A stretch of 60,695 bases of DNA from the IMG/VR virus record IMGVR_UViG_3300044957_001172, positions 1 to 60,695 of that record; one strand, 5' to 3'. This document shows, piece after piece, positions 59,740-60,695 of this stretch. The notes under the pieces are model-generated. The model did not search any database. It worked only from the letters and a program-made list of their open reading frames with translations, and was not told the DNA's origin. Every line of letters starts with the position of its first letter. Position 1 is the stretch's first letter. The position numbers and the translations under genes are program-made. This stretch comes from a virus (Duplodnaviria; Caudoviricetes).

Positions 59740-60695
59740 ATGCTTATTTTGTCAGTTGAGAAAGATTTTAAAGTTAAAAATGGTCTTGTTATTAACAACA
59801 CATTAACTGTTCTTTCCTCAGTTGAGAGTATATCAACAATTTCTGGTTCTATTATTGTTGCTGGTGGAGTTGGTATTGGTGGTGCTCTAAATGTAGGTGG
59901 TGGAACTCAAGTCGCAGGTAAATTTACTGCCACTGATATTGTCAATTTAACAAATCTCACAAATGCAACATCAACTACAACAGGTGCATTGATTGTTGCT
60001 GGTGGAGTTGGTATTGGTCAAAACTTACATGTAGGTGGCGGTACACAGATTACTGGCCTTACAACTATTACCAATACCACAAATGCAACATCAACTACAA
60101 CAGGTGCATTGATTGTTGCTGGTGGAGTTGGTATTGGTGGTGCTCTAAATGTAGGTGGTGGAACTCAAGTCGCAGGTAAATTTACTGCCACTGATATTGT
60201 CAATTTAACAAATCCCACAAATGCAACATCAACTACAACAGGTGCGTTGATTGTTGCTGGTGGAGTTGGTATTGGTCAAAACTTACATGTAGGTGGCGAT
60301 ACACAGATTACTGGCCTTACAACTATTACCAATACCACAAACGCAACATCAACAAATACAGGAGCTTTACAGGTAGCTGGTGGTGTTGGAATTGATCAAA
60401 ACTTACATGTAGGTGGCGGTACACAGATTACTGGCCTTACAACTATTACCAATACCACAAATGCAACATCAACAAATACAGGAGCTTTACAAGTAGCTGG
60501 TGGTGTTGGTATTGGTGGTGCCCTAAATGTAGGTGGCGATACACAGATTACTGGTATTACAACTATTGCCAATACCACAAATGCAACATCAACTACAACA
60601 GGTGCATTGATTGTTGCTGGTGGAGTTGGTATTGGTGGTGCTCTAAATGTAGGTGGTGGAACTCAAGTCGCAGGTAAATTTACTGCCACTGATAT
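59740..60695 (+). CDS. Repetitive tail fibre protein, truncated by the window end (absent from the ORF track)
   Basis: ATG 59740 MLILSVEKDFKVKNGL..., frame open to the window end; paralogous to the upstream fibre genes. Confidence 0.8.
   Translation, partial: MLILSVEKDFKVKNGLVINNTLTVLSSVESISTISGSIIVAGGVGIGGALNVGGGTQVAGKFTATDIVNLTNLTNATSTTTGALIVAGGVGIGQNLHVGGGTQITGLTTITNTTNATSTTTGALIVAGGVGIGGALNVGGGTQVAGKFTATDIVNLTNPTNATSTTTGALIVAGGVGIGQNLHVGGDTQITGLTTITNTTNATSTNTGALQVAGGVGIDQNLHVGGGTQITGLTTITNTTNATSTNTGALQVAGGVGIGGALNVGGDTQITGITTIANTTNATSTTTGALIVAGGVGIGGALNVGGGTQVAGKFTATD
59854..60695 (+). repeat. Near-identical 138/120-nt coding tandem repeats
   Basis: Unit starts at 59854, 59992, 60112, 60250, 60370, 60490, 60610. 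Confidence 0.9.

Noticed and set aside
59716-59742. Readthrough from the upstream in-frame ATG (MALM*EKNM)
   Set aside because: Four-codon ORF ending in TAA with no readthrough context; ATG 59740 explains the gene
59854-60695. Long direct repeats as a CRISPR array or DGR template/variable pair
   Set aside because: Units are multiples of 3 in an open fibre reading frame, with no unique spacers, no adenine-specific variation and no reverse transcriptase in the window
1-60695. Alternative genetic code (stop-codon reassignment)
   Set aside because: Long ORFs are intact under code 11, and TAA, TAG and TGA all end genes at sensible positions

Overview
About 61 kb of an AT-rich (roughly 30% GC by eye) large T4-like myophage genome, read in the standard genetic code. 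Positions 1-29.5 kb (minus strand) hold a baseplate/tail operon: a giant 4283-aa wedge protein plus an 865-aa partner, and gp6-, gp25-, gp5-, hub-, gp53- and gp48/54-like genes. The gp5-like spike carries a GH19 lysozyme domain. Positions 29.6-35.0 kb (plus strand) are an early module behind sigma70-type promoters: gp55-like late sigma factor, gp47/gp46 nuclease, Hc1-like histone-like protein, SAM methyltransferase and a GIY-YIG nuclease. A ~470-nt GC-enriched, hairpin-dense non-coding segment follows, probably a structured RNA. Next come gp26/gp51-like hub chaperones, a tape-measure-like gene, the head module (portal, core, protease, scaffold, major capsid) and fibre/appendage genes. The most striking observations are four. 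(1) A 2343-aa virion protein has seven C-x-R-D motifs resembling the bilin-binding helix of phycobiliproteins, six of them spaced ~150-175 aa apart. (2) The candidate large ncRNA starts right after the GIY-YIG stop codon. (3) A T-TTT-TTC site would fuse the gp26-like and gp51-like ORFs by -1 frameshifting, as in lambda G/GT. (4) Several late genes look leaderless, and gp6 ends in a 22-unit GGGCYT G-quadruplex-type repeat. All family assignments come from motif recognition and synteny; no database searches were run.
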